Positions 39,145 through 49,577 of a stretch of 64,000 nt of DNA are shown piece by piece. Made by a program: the position numbers and the translations under genes. The stretch is taken from NCBI GenBank assembly GCA_036785375.1, contig JAWMAR010000176.1, positions 496,001 to 560,000 of the forward strand, written 5' to 3'. Under the pieces are notes generated by a model, which ran no database searches, was not told the DNA's origin, and saw only the letters and a program-made list of their open reading frames with translations. This DNA is from Leucoraja ocellata. Its lineage: Eukaryota. The stretch's first letter is position 1; every line of letters begins with the position of its first letter.

Positions 39145-40378
39145 GAAAGCAAGGCTTTTGACAAGGTCCCACATGGTAGTAGACCAGTCAGGATAATTTG
39201 GTCACATGAAAGCCAAGGTGGTCTGGCCAATTGGATTCAAAATCAGCTTGAGAAAGGGGCCAATGGTACTGTGGAGGGTTGTTTTACTGATTGGTGGGCT
39301 GTGACCAGTGGAGTTCCACAGGGGTTAGTTTTAGTTCCGCTGCTGTTTGTTATCAACATGAACAATTTGAATGGCAATGTTGTTAACCTTGTTAGTAAGC
39401 TCACAGATGACAACAAAATAGGTGCTATACTTCAAAAACTTTGCAATATGAAGTATATTGTAATCCGTGTACATCATAATATAAAAACAAACACACCGGT
39501 GAGGTAGAGACGAGGTAACTGCATCACATAGTGAAGAAGATATCTAAGTTTACAACAACATCATACTTATTTGGAAAGGTTGCCAAGGAATGAAAAATGG
39601 AATTTAACTCTGACAAGGTGTTGCACTTTGATATATCCAACCAGGGCTGGACTTGTCCAGTACATTATAGAGCCTTAGAGAGTGTTGTAGAACAGAAAGA
39701 TCTGGGAGTACAGGAGTATGGTTCCTAATGCCCCTGTCCCACTTAGGAAACCTGAACGGAAACCTCTGGAGACTTTGCGCCCCACCCAAGGTTACCGTGC
39801 AGTTCCCGGAGGTTTATGTCAGTCTCCCTACCTGCTACCACTACCTGCAACCTCCGGCAACCACCTGCAACCTCCAGCAACCACCTGCAACCTCCGGGAA
39901 CTGCACGGAAACCTTGGGTGGGGCGCAAAGTCTCCAGAGGTTTCCGTTCAGGTTTCCTAAGTGGGACAGGGGCATAAAGGTGTTGAACCAGGTGGACAAT
40001 GTGGTAAAGAAGGGGATTGGCACACTGGCCTTCACAGGGAAGAATAGTGAGGGCAAAAACAGGGCATCATGATGCAGCTGCACATGTTATTGGTGAAACC
40101 ACACTTAGAGTTCTGTGCTGCGCATCTCTATCACACTTCAAATTAAAACTCTCTCTCTCTTCCCCATTGCCGATGAAGAGCCTCTGTTGTTTTTACACAG
40201 AGTGGTGTGTGTCTGGAATGTGTTGCTGGGGTTGGTGATAAGGCAGATACAATCGTGTTTAACATAGGCACATGGAAATGCAAGGGATGGTGGGATAGGA
40301 ATCGTGTACAGGCTGAGGTGTTTAACTTGCCATTATGTTCAGCATAGACATTGTGTTGCGAAGGGTCTATTTCTGTGC
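39145..40378 (+). mobile_element. Decayed CR1 RT/3' fragment
   Basis: KAFDKVPH and [19 protein letters not shown] motifs; interrupted by a MITE at 39729. Confidence 0.8.
39729..39974. mobile_element. PIF/Harbinger-type MITE, near-perfect palindrome
   Basis: TAA TSD (39726-28, 39975-77); ~85-bp inverted arms tgcccctgtcccacttaggaaacctgaacgg... with about one mismatch; central ~19-bp tandem ccacctgcaacctcc(g/a)gcaa. Confidence 0.92.
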
Positions 40379-40379
40379 C

Positions 40380-40672
40380 GGACGGCACAGTGGCACGCTG
40401 ATAGACTTATCGCCTTACAGCGCAAGAGACCCAGGTTTGATCCTGACTAAGGGTACTGTTTGTATGGAATTGATATGCTCTCCCTGTCACTGCATGTATT
40501 TTCTTCATGTGTTCCGATTTACTCCAAAGATGTACAGATTTGTAGGTCAATTAGGCTTCGGTAACAAATGTACATTGTCCCTAGTGTGCAGGATAGTGCT
40601 GAAGTATGGGTGATTGCTGGTCAGCGTGGATCGGTGGGCTGAAGGGCCTGTTCCTGCACTGTATCTCTAAAA
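40380..40672 (+). mobile_element. HE1-like tRNA-derived SINE
   Basis: ggcacagtggcacgctgatag (A-box-like), ccaggtttgatcctg (B-box-like), core, and CR1-shared tail gtgggctgaagggcctgttcctgcactgtatctctaaa. Confidence 0.85.
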
Positions 40673-41017
40673 TCTAAAGAAAAGTCTTAATAAATGCTTA
40701 TATATATGTATTGTTGGTAAAGCTCAATAGACACCACATACCACCCCACATCTTCTGATAACCTTACATTTAAAGGTTGTGGCTGAAACAATGAAAGGTA
40801 AATGTCATCATTTTGTAATGGGCAATATTGTTTTCAAAGTTAACTTCCATCTTTAGAATTTAATTGGAATAATTAAAATTGTGATTATGCTTATTTTTAC
40901 GATTAATTTAATGCCTATCCCGAACACAACACCTACCTGCCTAACATTACCAGGTAGTTTGGCATTTTTACATGTTAGTGAATGTGGTACCAACTTGTTT
41001 TTTTTTTCTTCTTGCAG

Positions 41018-41128
41018 CCGGATCCTGCTGGAAGAGATTTTGCAATTCGCCCATTGCTGGAACACTGTGAAAATACTAACATGAGTATCTGGCTGGGCAT
41101 TGTATATGCATATAAAGGGCTGCTTATG
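41018..41128 (+). CDS. GABBR2: GABA-B receptor subunit 2 coding exon (extracellular loop 2 to TM5; approx. human exon 14)
   Basis: Polypyrimidine tract + ttgcag acceptor, gtatga donor; 111 nt translating [37 protein letters not shown], near-identical to vertebrate GABBR2 as recalled. Not called in the ORF track. Confidence 0.97.
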
Positions 41129-41149
41129 GTATGAACACCATTGCTTATA

Positions 41150-41460
41150 ATTTCAAGTTCAAATTCACATTTATTGTCACATGCAACAATTGGTACAGGG
41201 ATATTTGAGTTACCATACAGCCATACAAATAAAAAGAATACAACACACAATAGAATTTAACATAAACATCCACCACAGTGGAATCAACATTTCTCACTGT
41301 GATGGAAGGCAATAAAGTTCAGTCAATCTTCTTCCTTTTGTTCACCTGTGGTCAGGGCCTGGAACCCTCCGCAGTTGCTCCTACGGATGGCCCAATGTAC
41401 AGGCCCTTTCGCCGGGATGAACAAAACTCCTGCGTCGGAACGGATCAGAACACACTTAGC
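41150..41460 (-). mobile_element. 3' fragment of the CpG-rich family (copy 6), ~20 nt after a GABBR2 donor
   Basis: Minus strand: gccttccatcacagtgag box, ggatgtttatgttaaatt, gtatggctgtatgg, tgtgacaataaa and (ttgaa)n-like tail. Confidence 0.72.
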
Positions 41461-41499
41461 ATGGTTTTGAGGGAATCACATTTATTGTATTGTTTTATC

Positions 41500-42260
41500 A
41501 AAATACGACTTCCTATTTTCTTTGATGTTCCTCACTGTATTTGTTCAGTTTATGTCAGAGCCATTGATCCTGCAGCTTTTCCGGGCACATGTACGTGGGT
41601 TAACCCAGCTGCGTGTAACTGCAGTATTCTCCTCATTCCCCTATGCACTCTGAGCTATGATACTGCCGATACTATTCGATATCCCCACTGCCAGAAGTAT
41701 GTCACTGGTGTGTCCCTGGCAACTGCTTTCAGAATACCCAACAACTCCCCACCTTTGAAATTGGAGATGAATAACCAAAAGTGTTCTTCCTGTTGGAATC
41801 CCGCGCCAACAAAATTCACAATTTTGTCACCCACAGTCAGCCATAAAGGACTTCAATTGAGAATTTGCTTTAATTGTCCAGAAGAACAACCTCTGATGTT
41901 CTGTCTATGTACTCCATAACACTGAATTTTCCCATTTCAGGTATCCCTTATTTCCTCCATTACCTCCCCCCCTTCTCAACCTCCTTTCGCACTTTCCAAT
42001 CCAGTCCTTTCATTCGTGTTCCATTTCCTGTTCCTCCCCTTCAACCTCCTTTACCATCATATCCCAGTTTCATTTATACCCCACACTCATTTCACCTACT
42101 GGATCCCCTCCCCCGCCAGGTTCCATCTGCCCTTTCTTATTCATTTCATTGCTTGTATATTTGTGTCCTCATTGATGTGTTCTCCATTGACTGTCTCCAC
42201 CTTCTCACCCCGCCTGGCTCCCTCTACTTCTACCTATTTTCTGACAAGGTAGGCTTTCTA
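41500..42260 (+). mobile_element. Old Penelope-like remnant (GIY-YIG end and pyrimidine-rich tail)
   Basis: EEQPLMFCLCTP resembles the LEEQHLIFHLGSLHP terminus of the younger Penelope copy at 44911-45000. Confidence 0.45.
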
Positions 42261-42296
42261 GCAGTATGATGAGAATAAGCACCAGGGTAGTCTGTT

Positions 42297-42478
42297 TCCA
42301 CTCCCCTCTCCCTCCTTCCCCTCTCTCCCCATCTCCCTCCCCTCTCTCCCTGTCCCTCCCCTCCCCCTGTCCCCTCCCCCTGTCCCCTCCCCCTGTCCCC
42401 TCTCCCTGTCCCTCCCCTCTCTCTGTTACTCTCCTCTCCCTCCATCCCCTCTCTCTCCCTCCCCTCTCCCCTCTCCAG
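42297..42478. repeat. Polypyrimidine/polypurine low-complexity tract
   Basis: ~180 nt almost entirely C/T on +, with repeated ccccctgtcccct units. Confidence 0.9.
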
Positions 42479-43195
42479 ATGTGTTGGGTGAGTAGGCAAC
42501 AAGTTAGCAGGTGGGGTGTAATGTGGGGCAATGTGGCATAACCCAGTTTGGAAGGAAGGATGAAAAGGGTAAATTAATGAGACTGCAATGTGTAGTTTAT
42601 AGAAAGGAATCTGGGGGATCCAGTATATTTAAATTAGCTTGCAGGTTTAGTGAATAGAGAAGGTCATGGAATGTTGGCTCTTATTGCAACGGAAATGGAG
42701 TATAAAAAGAGCGAACTTTTAATTTTTTTGGTGACACTGGTGAGACCGTACACAGAGTAAAATGTGGAATACTATTTGAGGAAGAAGTTTGTGCTTGCAT
42801 TTTAGTCAGTGCAGAGTAGGTACAAACAACTGGAGATTGACAGACAATTTGAGCAACAAAGGAGTCAAGGGATATGAGGAGAGAGCAGACAAGTGGTGTT
42901 GAGGCCAAGATTATATCATCCATGACCTCACTGAATGGCATGAAAGCCTTGAGGGGCCAACTGGCCTATTCCGAATTTTTAATGTTATTTGCTATTAAAT
43001 CTTCTCTCATTCAAAATTATTTCTTTGTGTGCATGGTTATTGTAGGGCGGCACTAAAACCTATCAAAATTAATGCATTTTCTGTTACTCTGTGGAGCTTC
43101 TATCCATTTAATTTAAATGAATTCACTCACTGTGTTAAATCAACAATTGAGCTAATAGTACAATCTGCAATTTCTAAAGTTTATTTTAACATTGA

Positions 43196-43543
<348 letters not shown>

Positions 43544-43814
43544 TGAGGGGATACTTTGATGGCAGAGTCTTACTTATTAGGGCACATTTAAATATGAATG
43601 TTGGAGAGGTGAAAATAGGCACACCGGCAATTTCTCCTTGCATGAAGATATAGAAGGAAATAATAGGTAGCTGAAATGTGTTGATGAATGCAGAGTTCAG
43701 CAATAACATAGAACATAATGCTTTCTAATTGTTGTTCTTGCTTTAGAAGGATATTTATTTTTGCAACCCTTCGCACTATTTTCAAGTTGAAGTTGCAGTG
43801 AGATCAAGTTAGCT

Positions 43815-44190
43815 TCATGAATGTTTCTGAATTTCTCTCCTCCTGTACTCCGGGCATAGCTGAATCAATCATAAAAAAGTGTTTCCCTCTACCAATACTC
43901 TCCTCCACCAAGCAGAGCTGGTCCTTACTCAACAACTTCCCCTTCGAATCCTCACACTTCCTCCAGATCCAAGGCATAGCTATGGGCACTCGTACGGGCC
44001 CCAGCTATGCCTGCCTCTTTACAGGGTACGTCGAGCAGTCCATATTCCAGGGGTACCCTGGCCCTACCCCTGAACTCTATCTCTGCTACATTGACGCCTG
44101 CATCTCCAGCACCCTATGCAGAATTCACTGACTTCATTAACTTCATCACTAATTTCCATCCTGCACTCAAATTCACTTTGACCATCTCTG
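43815..44190 (+). mobile_element. Penelope-like RT fragment
   Basis: LNNFPFESSHFLQIQGIAMGTRTGPSYACLFTGYVEQ...YID, then FTDFINFITNFHPALKFT: Penelope/Poseidon RT motifs (QxxGxAMG, YIDD-like). Confidence 0.88.
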
Positions 44191-44217
44191 AAATTCTTTC
44201 TGATTCTTTTCCTACAG

Positions 44218-44400
44218 CTGATTACATTACGAACAAACCCAGATGCAGCCACACAAAACAGGCGATTACAATTCACCCAGAATCAGAAGAAAGAAGATTC
44301 AAAAACATCCACATCTGTAACAAGTGTAAACCAGGCAAATACTTCTCGACTTGAGGGATTTCAGACAGATAATCATCGTCTGCGGATGAAAATCACAGAG
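44218..44400 (+). CDS. GABBR2: GABA-B receptor subunit 2 coding exon (proximal C-tail, start of coiled coil; approx. human exon 16)
   Basis: ttttcctacag acceptor, gtgcta donor; 183 nt: [61 protein letters not shown]. Confidence 0.97.
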
Positions 44401-44689
44401 GTGCTAACTTTGCTCTCAACCATTTCTGCTTTATATCCTCTTTTTTTCCCAACAAACTCTCCAAGCAGTTTCAGATCCAAGCTGTTGTGACATTTTAGAG
44501 CATATCTTTAATGTTTCGAAACTGACAGGAAAATTATTATGAAGATTCATGTAATAGAAAAGGCGGATTACCAGGTAAATTGAAGAAAAGAGTGAATATA
44601 TAGGTGCCAAACATTAAATTTCTTACACATTTTACCGTGCAAGTGGACAGTCCCTCATAAAGGAACAAAACAGGAATTCCCTTAAATAT

Positions 44690-45422
44690 TTAAGAAGGAA
44701 CTGCAGATGCTGGAAAATCGAAGATAGACAAAAATGCTGGAGAAACTCAGCGGTGAGGCAGCATCTATGGAGCGAAGGAAAAGGCAATGTTTTGGGTCGA
44801 GACTCTTCTTCAGACTGATGTAAGGGTGGGGGGGGGGAGCAGGAAGAAGAAAGGAAGAGGAGGAGCCAGTGGGCTGAGGGAGAGCTGAGAAGGGGAGGAG
44901 AAAGTAGGGACTATCTGAAATTAGAGAAGTCCATGTTCATACAGCTGGGATGTAAACTGCCCAAGTGAAATATGAGGTGCTGCTCCTCCAATTTATGGTG
45001 GTCCTCACTGGCCATGGAGGAGGCCCAGGACAGAAAGGTCGGATTCGGAATGGGAGGAGGAGTTGGAGTGTTGAGCCACCGGGAGATCAGGTTGGTTATT
45101 GCGAACCGAGCGGAGGTGTTTGGCGAAGCGATCGCCAAGCCTACACTTGGTCTCACCGATGTAGAACAGCTGACATCTAGAGCAGCGGATGCACTAGATG
45201 AGGTTGGAGGAGGTGCAGGTGAACCTCTGTCGCACCTGGAAAGACTGCTTGGGTCCTTGAATGGAGTCAAGGGGGGAGGTAAAGTGAGGTTCGTCCCTTC
45301 CCACCCGAACCACCCCCTCTCCGGGTACTTTCCCTTACAACCGCAAGAAATGCTACACGTGTCGCTTTACCTCCCCCCTTGACTCCATTCAAGGACCCAA
45401 GCAGCCTTTCCAGGTGCGGCAC
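44690..45422 (-). mobile_element. Penelope-like element 3' part (GIY-YIG C-terminus + pLTR) with inverted segment
   Basis: HKLEEQHLIFHLGSLHPSCMNMDFSNFR on minus; 45362-45422 is the reverse complement of 45228-45288; terminus aagaaggaactgcagatgctgg. Confidence 0.88.
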
Positions 45423-45932
45423 TCCACCCTTTTGTAATACCCATGAATCTTAATCTGATGGATCAGCCGACAATGGGGAACTTTATCAAATGCGTTAGTA
45501 AAATTCATGTAGCCACCATGTACTACCTTTTATATATATTTGTGGAACATGGATATTCTTTCCGAATAAATTATTTTCAGGCATTATTTTTTTGTCAGTT
45601 TATTTAAAGTAGTTCTGCTGCAATTTGTGTCCATTAGAATTGGTTCAATGAACGTGGCAACTTAATATCTACTTAATTGACTTAAGCCATAATACAGACC
45701 AAAATAAGAATCTATGAGTGGAATTCATGAATTTACGATGGGCTCTGAAGAATGGAAAATACCAACTCTTGTCAATAAGGTGGACACAGCAGAAGCTGTA
45801 ATTAAATATCTTGAAACATCCATTGCATGGCAGCCCTTCTATGTTCCCAGTGGAGGAAAGCTCACTGGATTTTACACAGGCATAATTGAGTTTAAAGAAT
45901 ATTCACTGAAGATGCACCACTTCCCTTTACAG

Positions 45933-46062
45933 CTTGACAAGGAACTTGAGGAGGTTACCATGCAACTACAAGACACGCCTGAAAAAGCACAGTACGTTAA
46001 GCAAAATCATATTCAGGAGCTCAATAATATCCTGAGCATACGGAACTTCACAGATGGAAAAG
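45933..46062 (+). CDS. GABBR2: GABA-B receptor subunit 2 coding exon (coiled coil; approx. human exon 17)
   Basis: ccctttacag acceptor, gtaagc donor; 130 nt: [43 protein letters not shown] + 1 nt (phase 1 intron follows). Confidence 0.96.
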
Positions 46063-49000
46063 GTAAGCCCATCTGTCTTTAATACCCTTAGAAAAATTAG
46101 TGACTCATCAAAGATGGAGCCAGTGGGCTTTTAAGATTGTTTAATAGCTTCTCATGTACTATGGAAAACAATGGGTGTTGGCTTATATTTGCCACAAGTG
46201 ACGATATTTAATCCAATTTGCCTGAAAGACTCTTTACTGAAGTTAACGTTAGAAATTTCAAATCCAAAATGTAGGACATTGGATATATTATCTGAAGCAT
46301 TTGATTCCAGTATAGATTAATTGCATTCTGAGTCTGGTTGATCTCAAGTATTTTACAGGATAGCAAATGAAGCATGAAACCATCATAAAAGAATTGAAGA
46401 CATCAACATCTTTTCCTAATGTTTGTCTTCTGTACTGTTGCATTACTGAGGAATTGTAATAGTATTGAGATACAAGGAGTTATGAATCAGAATTCACCAA
46501 ATAGGAATATATTCAGTTGGTATAAGAAGAATAAAAGAGGACCTGTAGTTACCTTCCCTTATTCTGTTTTCTTAGTATGATCACCAAGATATTTCCACTG
46601 AGGAAATTAAATACATTTTCTAACACTTTAACTAGTGTACATCTTGATTTAGTTGCCATTCCTCTGCTTTCGTTGTCATTAAGATTTGGGATTAACACAC
46701 AGTTTAAGAAATAATCTCCAACATTATCCAAAGATTCCTCATTGGAATCTTTCTTATCACCAAAATGGTGGTTAGAAAGCTTCCAAAGAGGAAGTAGGTT
46801 GAGAGCAAACCTACTTGATTAAAATTCTTTTTTTCAAAGGCACAGAGTACTCTTGGCAGGTATTCCATTTCGCCGTAGCAAAGACTGAAAAAGATTGGGT
46901 AGTATCTTGTCAGATTTGAGTTTCAACAAGGTTTATTTCACTTATTCCCTTTTTACTGCCTAACTGTTGTTAAGTTTAATTGCCAAAGGCAACAACTCCA
47001 CTGTTGCGTGAGACAATAGTTTTCAAATTACTCTTGTGCTTGGAGAGGGGGAGCAGAATGAAATTTCCAGAGTGGTCCTCAAAGCTGTTTGCCTGTACTT
47101 GAAGGTAAGTAAGACATGTAGGTGGATTGCATGCCCTGCTGGATCTCCTGTCAACAGAAGTGTACCTGCAGTTAATCTGCAAAAATGATTCTGCCATTTG
47201 CAACTGTTCCATCAAAGCAGCATCGTTTATTCCAGTGACCGTAAGTTAAAACAATGTGTCCAGAATCTGACTGTCTGTGACTGGGGAAGCTGCAGTCAGC
47301 TTATTCTTAATGCAGTTATGGTTTAAAGGGTGCACTTGTGGCATGACTATCACATCTATATTTCATCTTGCAGGGGCGTGGGGTGGCAGGAGGGGGTGAA
47401 TGCACAATAAGGATGTGTGATGGCTTGCCATGGTTGAGTAGGCAGAGTGGGCTGCATGGTTGAGGAGCACACAGGAATATTTATAGTGAGCGGTTCTGTT
47501 GGTCGGTGACTCTCAAATTGCAGCAGGCATAGTTCCTTCACAAGGTTCCTATAGGAGCCACTTTCTTTACTGTCTGTTTCCTGGTATTACAAAAGGGAGG
47601 AGTGGGCAGGGAGCATACCCTAAATGCCAGTTAGGTTATTCTTTACAACTGTTTTCATTTTGCTAATGGTAATGGGAAATGGCATGGAGCACATGACATT
47701 GCCTGGTAAGATCTATCTTGATGTTATAATAATCATTTGAAATTAGCTTTTCATCTATTTGTCCCTTTCATTTTGTTATAAGAGCTGCTGTATTCAGCAT
47801 GCTTAATGGCTGCATCACCTAGAAGCAAAGTATAGAAAATAAAAGACTAGAAATTCAGAACAGAACCTTGCCAAACAAGAGAGTGAAGATAAAGCAACAT
47901 CATTCTCTCAGCAATTCAGTGATCCATATTCCAGTCAAGCGAGGTTGTCCTCCAGAACAAAGTTTGGTAAAATTCACCTTGTAATCCCAGGTTACCATCA
48001 CTCCTCCCCTCTCTCACTGATTTCATTTCCCCAACATCCCTTAACCATGCCATACCTCTTAATAACTCTAGATTGAGATTAGAAATTTAAGTCATGATTA
48101 AAAAAGATTCAAGGGATAATACGATGCTGTGACTGAGTGAGAGATGTCCGAATGCTGGAGTAGGTGGAGTGGGCTGCTGGAGGCCCGGAAGCAGCCCGGG
48201 GCTCCAGTAGAACAGGTGCCGCTCCAAATGGTTGAGTGAGTAGAACAGATACAGCCGGCAGCAGCACGGAGTGGCAGAGCCACGGTGGATGACATCCACA
48301 CATCGCCTGGCCAGTCAACTCCTGCACCTCTGAACCAGTGCCACTACCAAGGCAATGGGCCTTCATGGCCAAGTTAAGACTAACCTTTTTTGAAAATTCG
48401 AACTTGCAGGGTACAAAATGGCACACAAACTTTGTGTGTGCTGACTCAGTATGGTCTACTATTTACGCTCTTTTACTTAGTATGGTTGTGCCTGATGTAT
48501 AATAGGCTTATCACAGATCTGTATGCAAATAGGAACTTCACAGTACTTACTACTATATGACAACATATTACCGTTGAACCATTGTAAGAGAACTGGCAAA
48601 AGTATTGTGTTTTAGGAGCAGGTGGTGGATAGATGATCCTTAAGGAGAAGATCTTGAAGCCTAGAAGGTAACAAGTGATTTAGAAATAATTTAAAATAAT
48701 ATATTTGCTTGAAAATACAATGGAATTAGGTAGGGTAAATGGGAGTAGGGATCTTTAGTGAAACTATACAAAATGTTTCTGCGTAAATGACAGGAAGCAG
48801 AACACATTCAGAAAGCTGCTACAAATTGAAATGTTAAAAAAGTACGTAAGGGCACAGACTGAAACTGCAAAGGACATATTTAGCAAAGATATCAACACAG
48901 GAATAGACTGCAGAACATAGGATTTAAAAAGGCAGAACATTAGCAGCATGACATGCCCAGGCCTATATTCAGATAGCTCAAATCAATTTATTTCTGTCAT

Positions 49001-49577
49001 TTTCTGCTAAGTTGCACCCACTAAAAGGAGACTAAGTGGCAATGAGAATTTCCAGTGGCAGGAACCCAGCTGATTCCATTGCAAATCTAGCCAGCAGCTA
49101 AGGCTGCTTGTGGGGATAGTGGGAATGCTGTTGCTGTGAACCTGGGTGCAGAAGGTTGTAAAGTTTTCCATTGCCTTTGGCTTGTCCCAATCGGCATACG
49201 CTTGCAATAGCCAGCATTGATTATTACCTGAATTTAGACTTGGCAGTAATTGAACTCTTTACCAGGAAGCAGTAACTGGATGATGTAGATATTTTTAGTT
49301 AGGACTGGAATATTGGCTTCCTACTGATATTAATTAATACTTTTGTTTGTGATTGTGAACGTAGGTTTATTAATGCAATCAATTCTAAGGCTGTAATTTA
49401 GCCACAGAGGTCACAGGTGTGACACCTATTGTGTCCTTTGCTAACATCTATGATTATTAATGATCTCCATGAACTTTAAAACTGTTAGAAAAAATATCTA
49501 AAATTATAAATCAATTTACTAGAGGAACTCAGTATGTCAGGCAGCATCCATAGAGGGAAGGGAACAGTCAATAATTT

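Noticed and set aside
40380-40450. tRNA-like sequence
   Set aside because: It is the tRNA-derived head of an HE1-like SINE and continues into SINE core; no full cloverleaf.
1-41017. Upstream GABBR2 exons (TM1-TM4)
   Set aside because: I searched by eye for KTWRVH and DQKLLVIVGG/CWQAVDP-type motifs and found none; the region is treated as one long intron, though a manual scan could miss a short exon.
41278-41919. 213-aa ORF
   Set aside because: Spans an antisense retroelement end and a decayed Penelope remnant; chance open frame.
45714-45932. ATG-initiated 5' extension in frame with the GABBR2 coiled-coil exon
   Set aside because: Homology starts exactly at the AG acceptor (45933); the upstream 73 codons have no recognisable similarity and are most simply open intron.
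47845-47970. Possible diverged next GABBR2 exon (open stretch QNLAKQESEDK...)
   Set aside because: No polypyrimidine acceptor and no match to the expected conserved EDINSPEHIQ motif.
48780-48970. KDIFSKDINT resembling GABBR2 KDPIEDINS
   Set aside because: In-frame stop follows, no good splice sites, and the similarity is too short.
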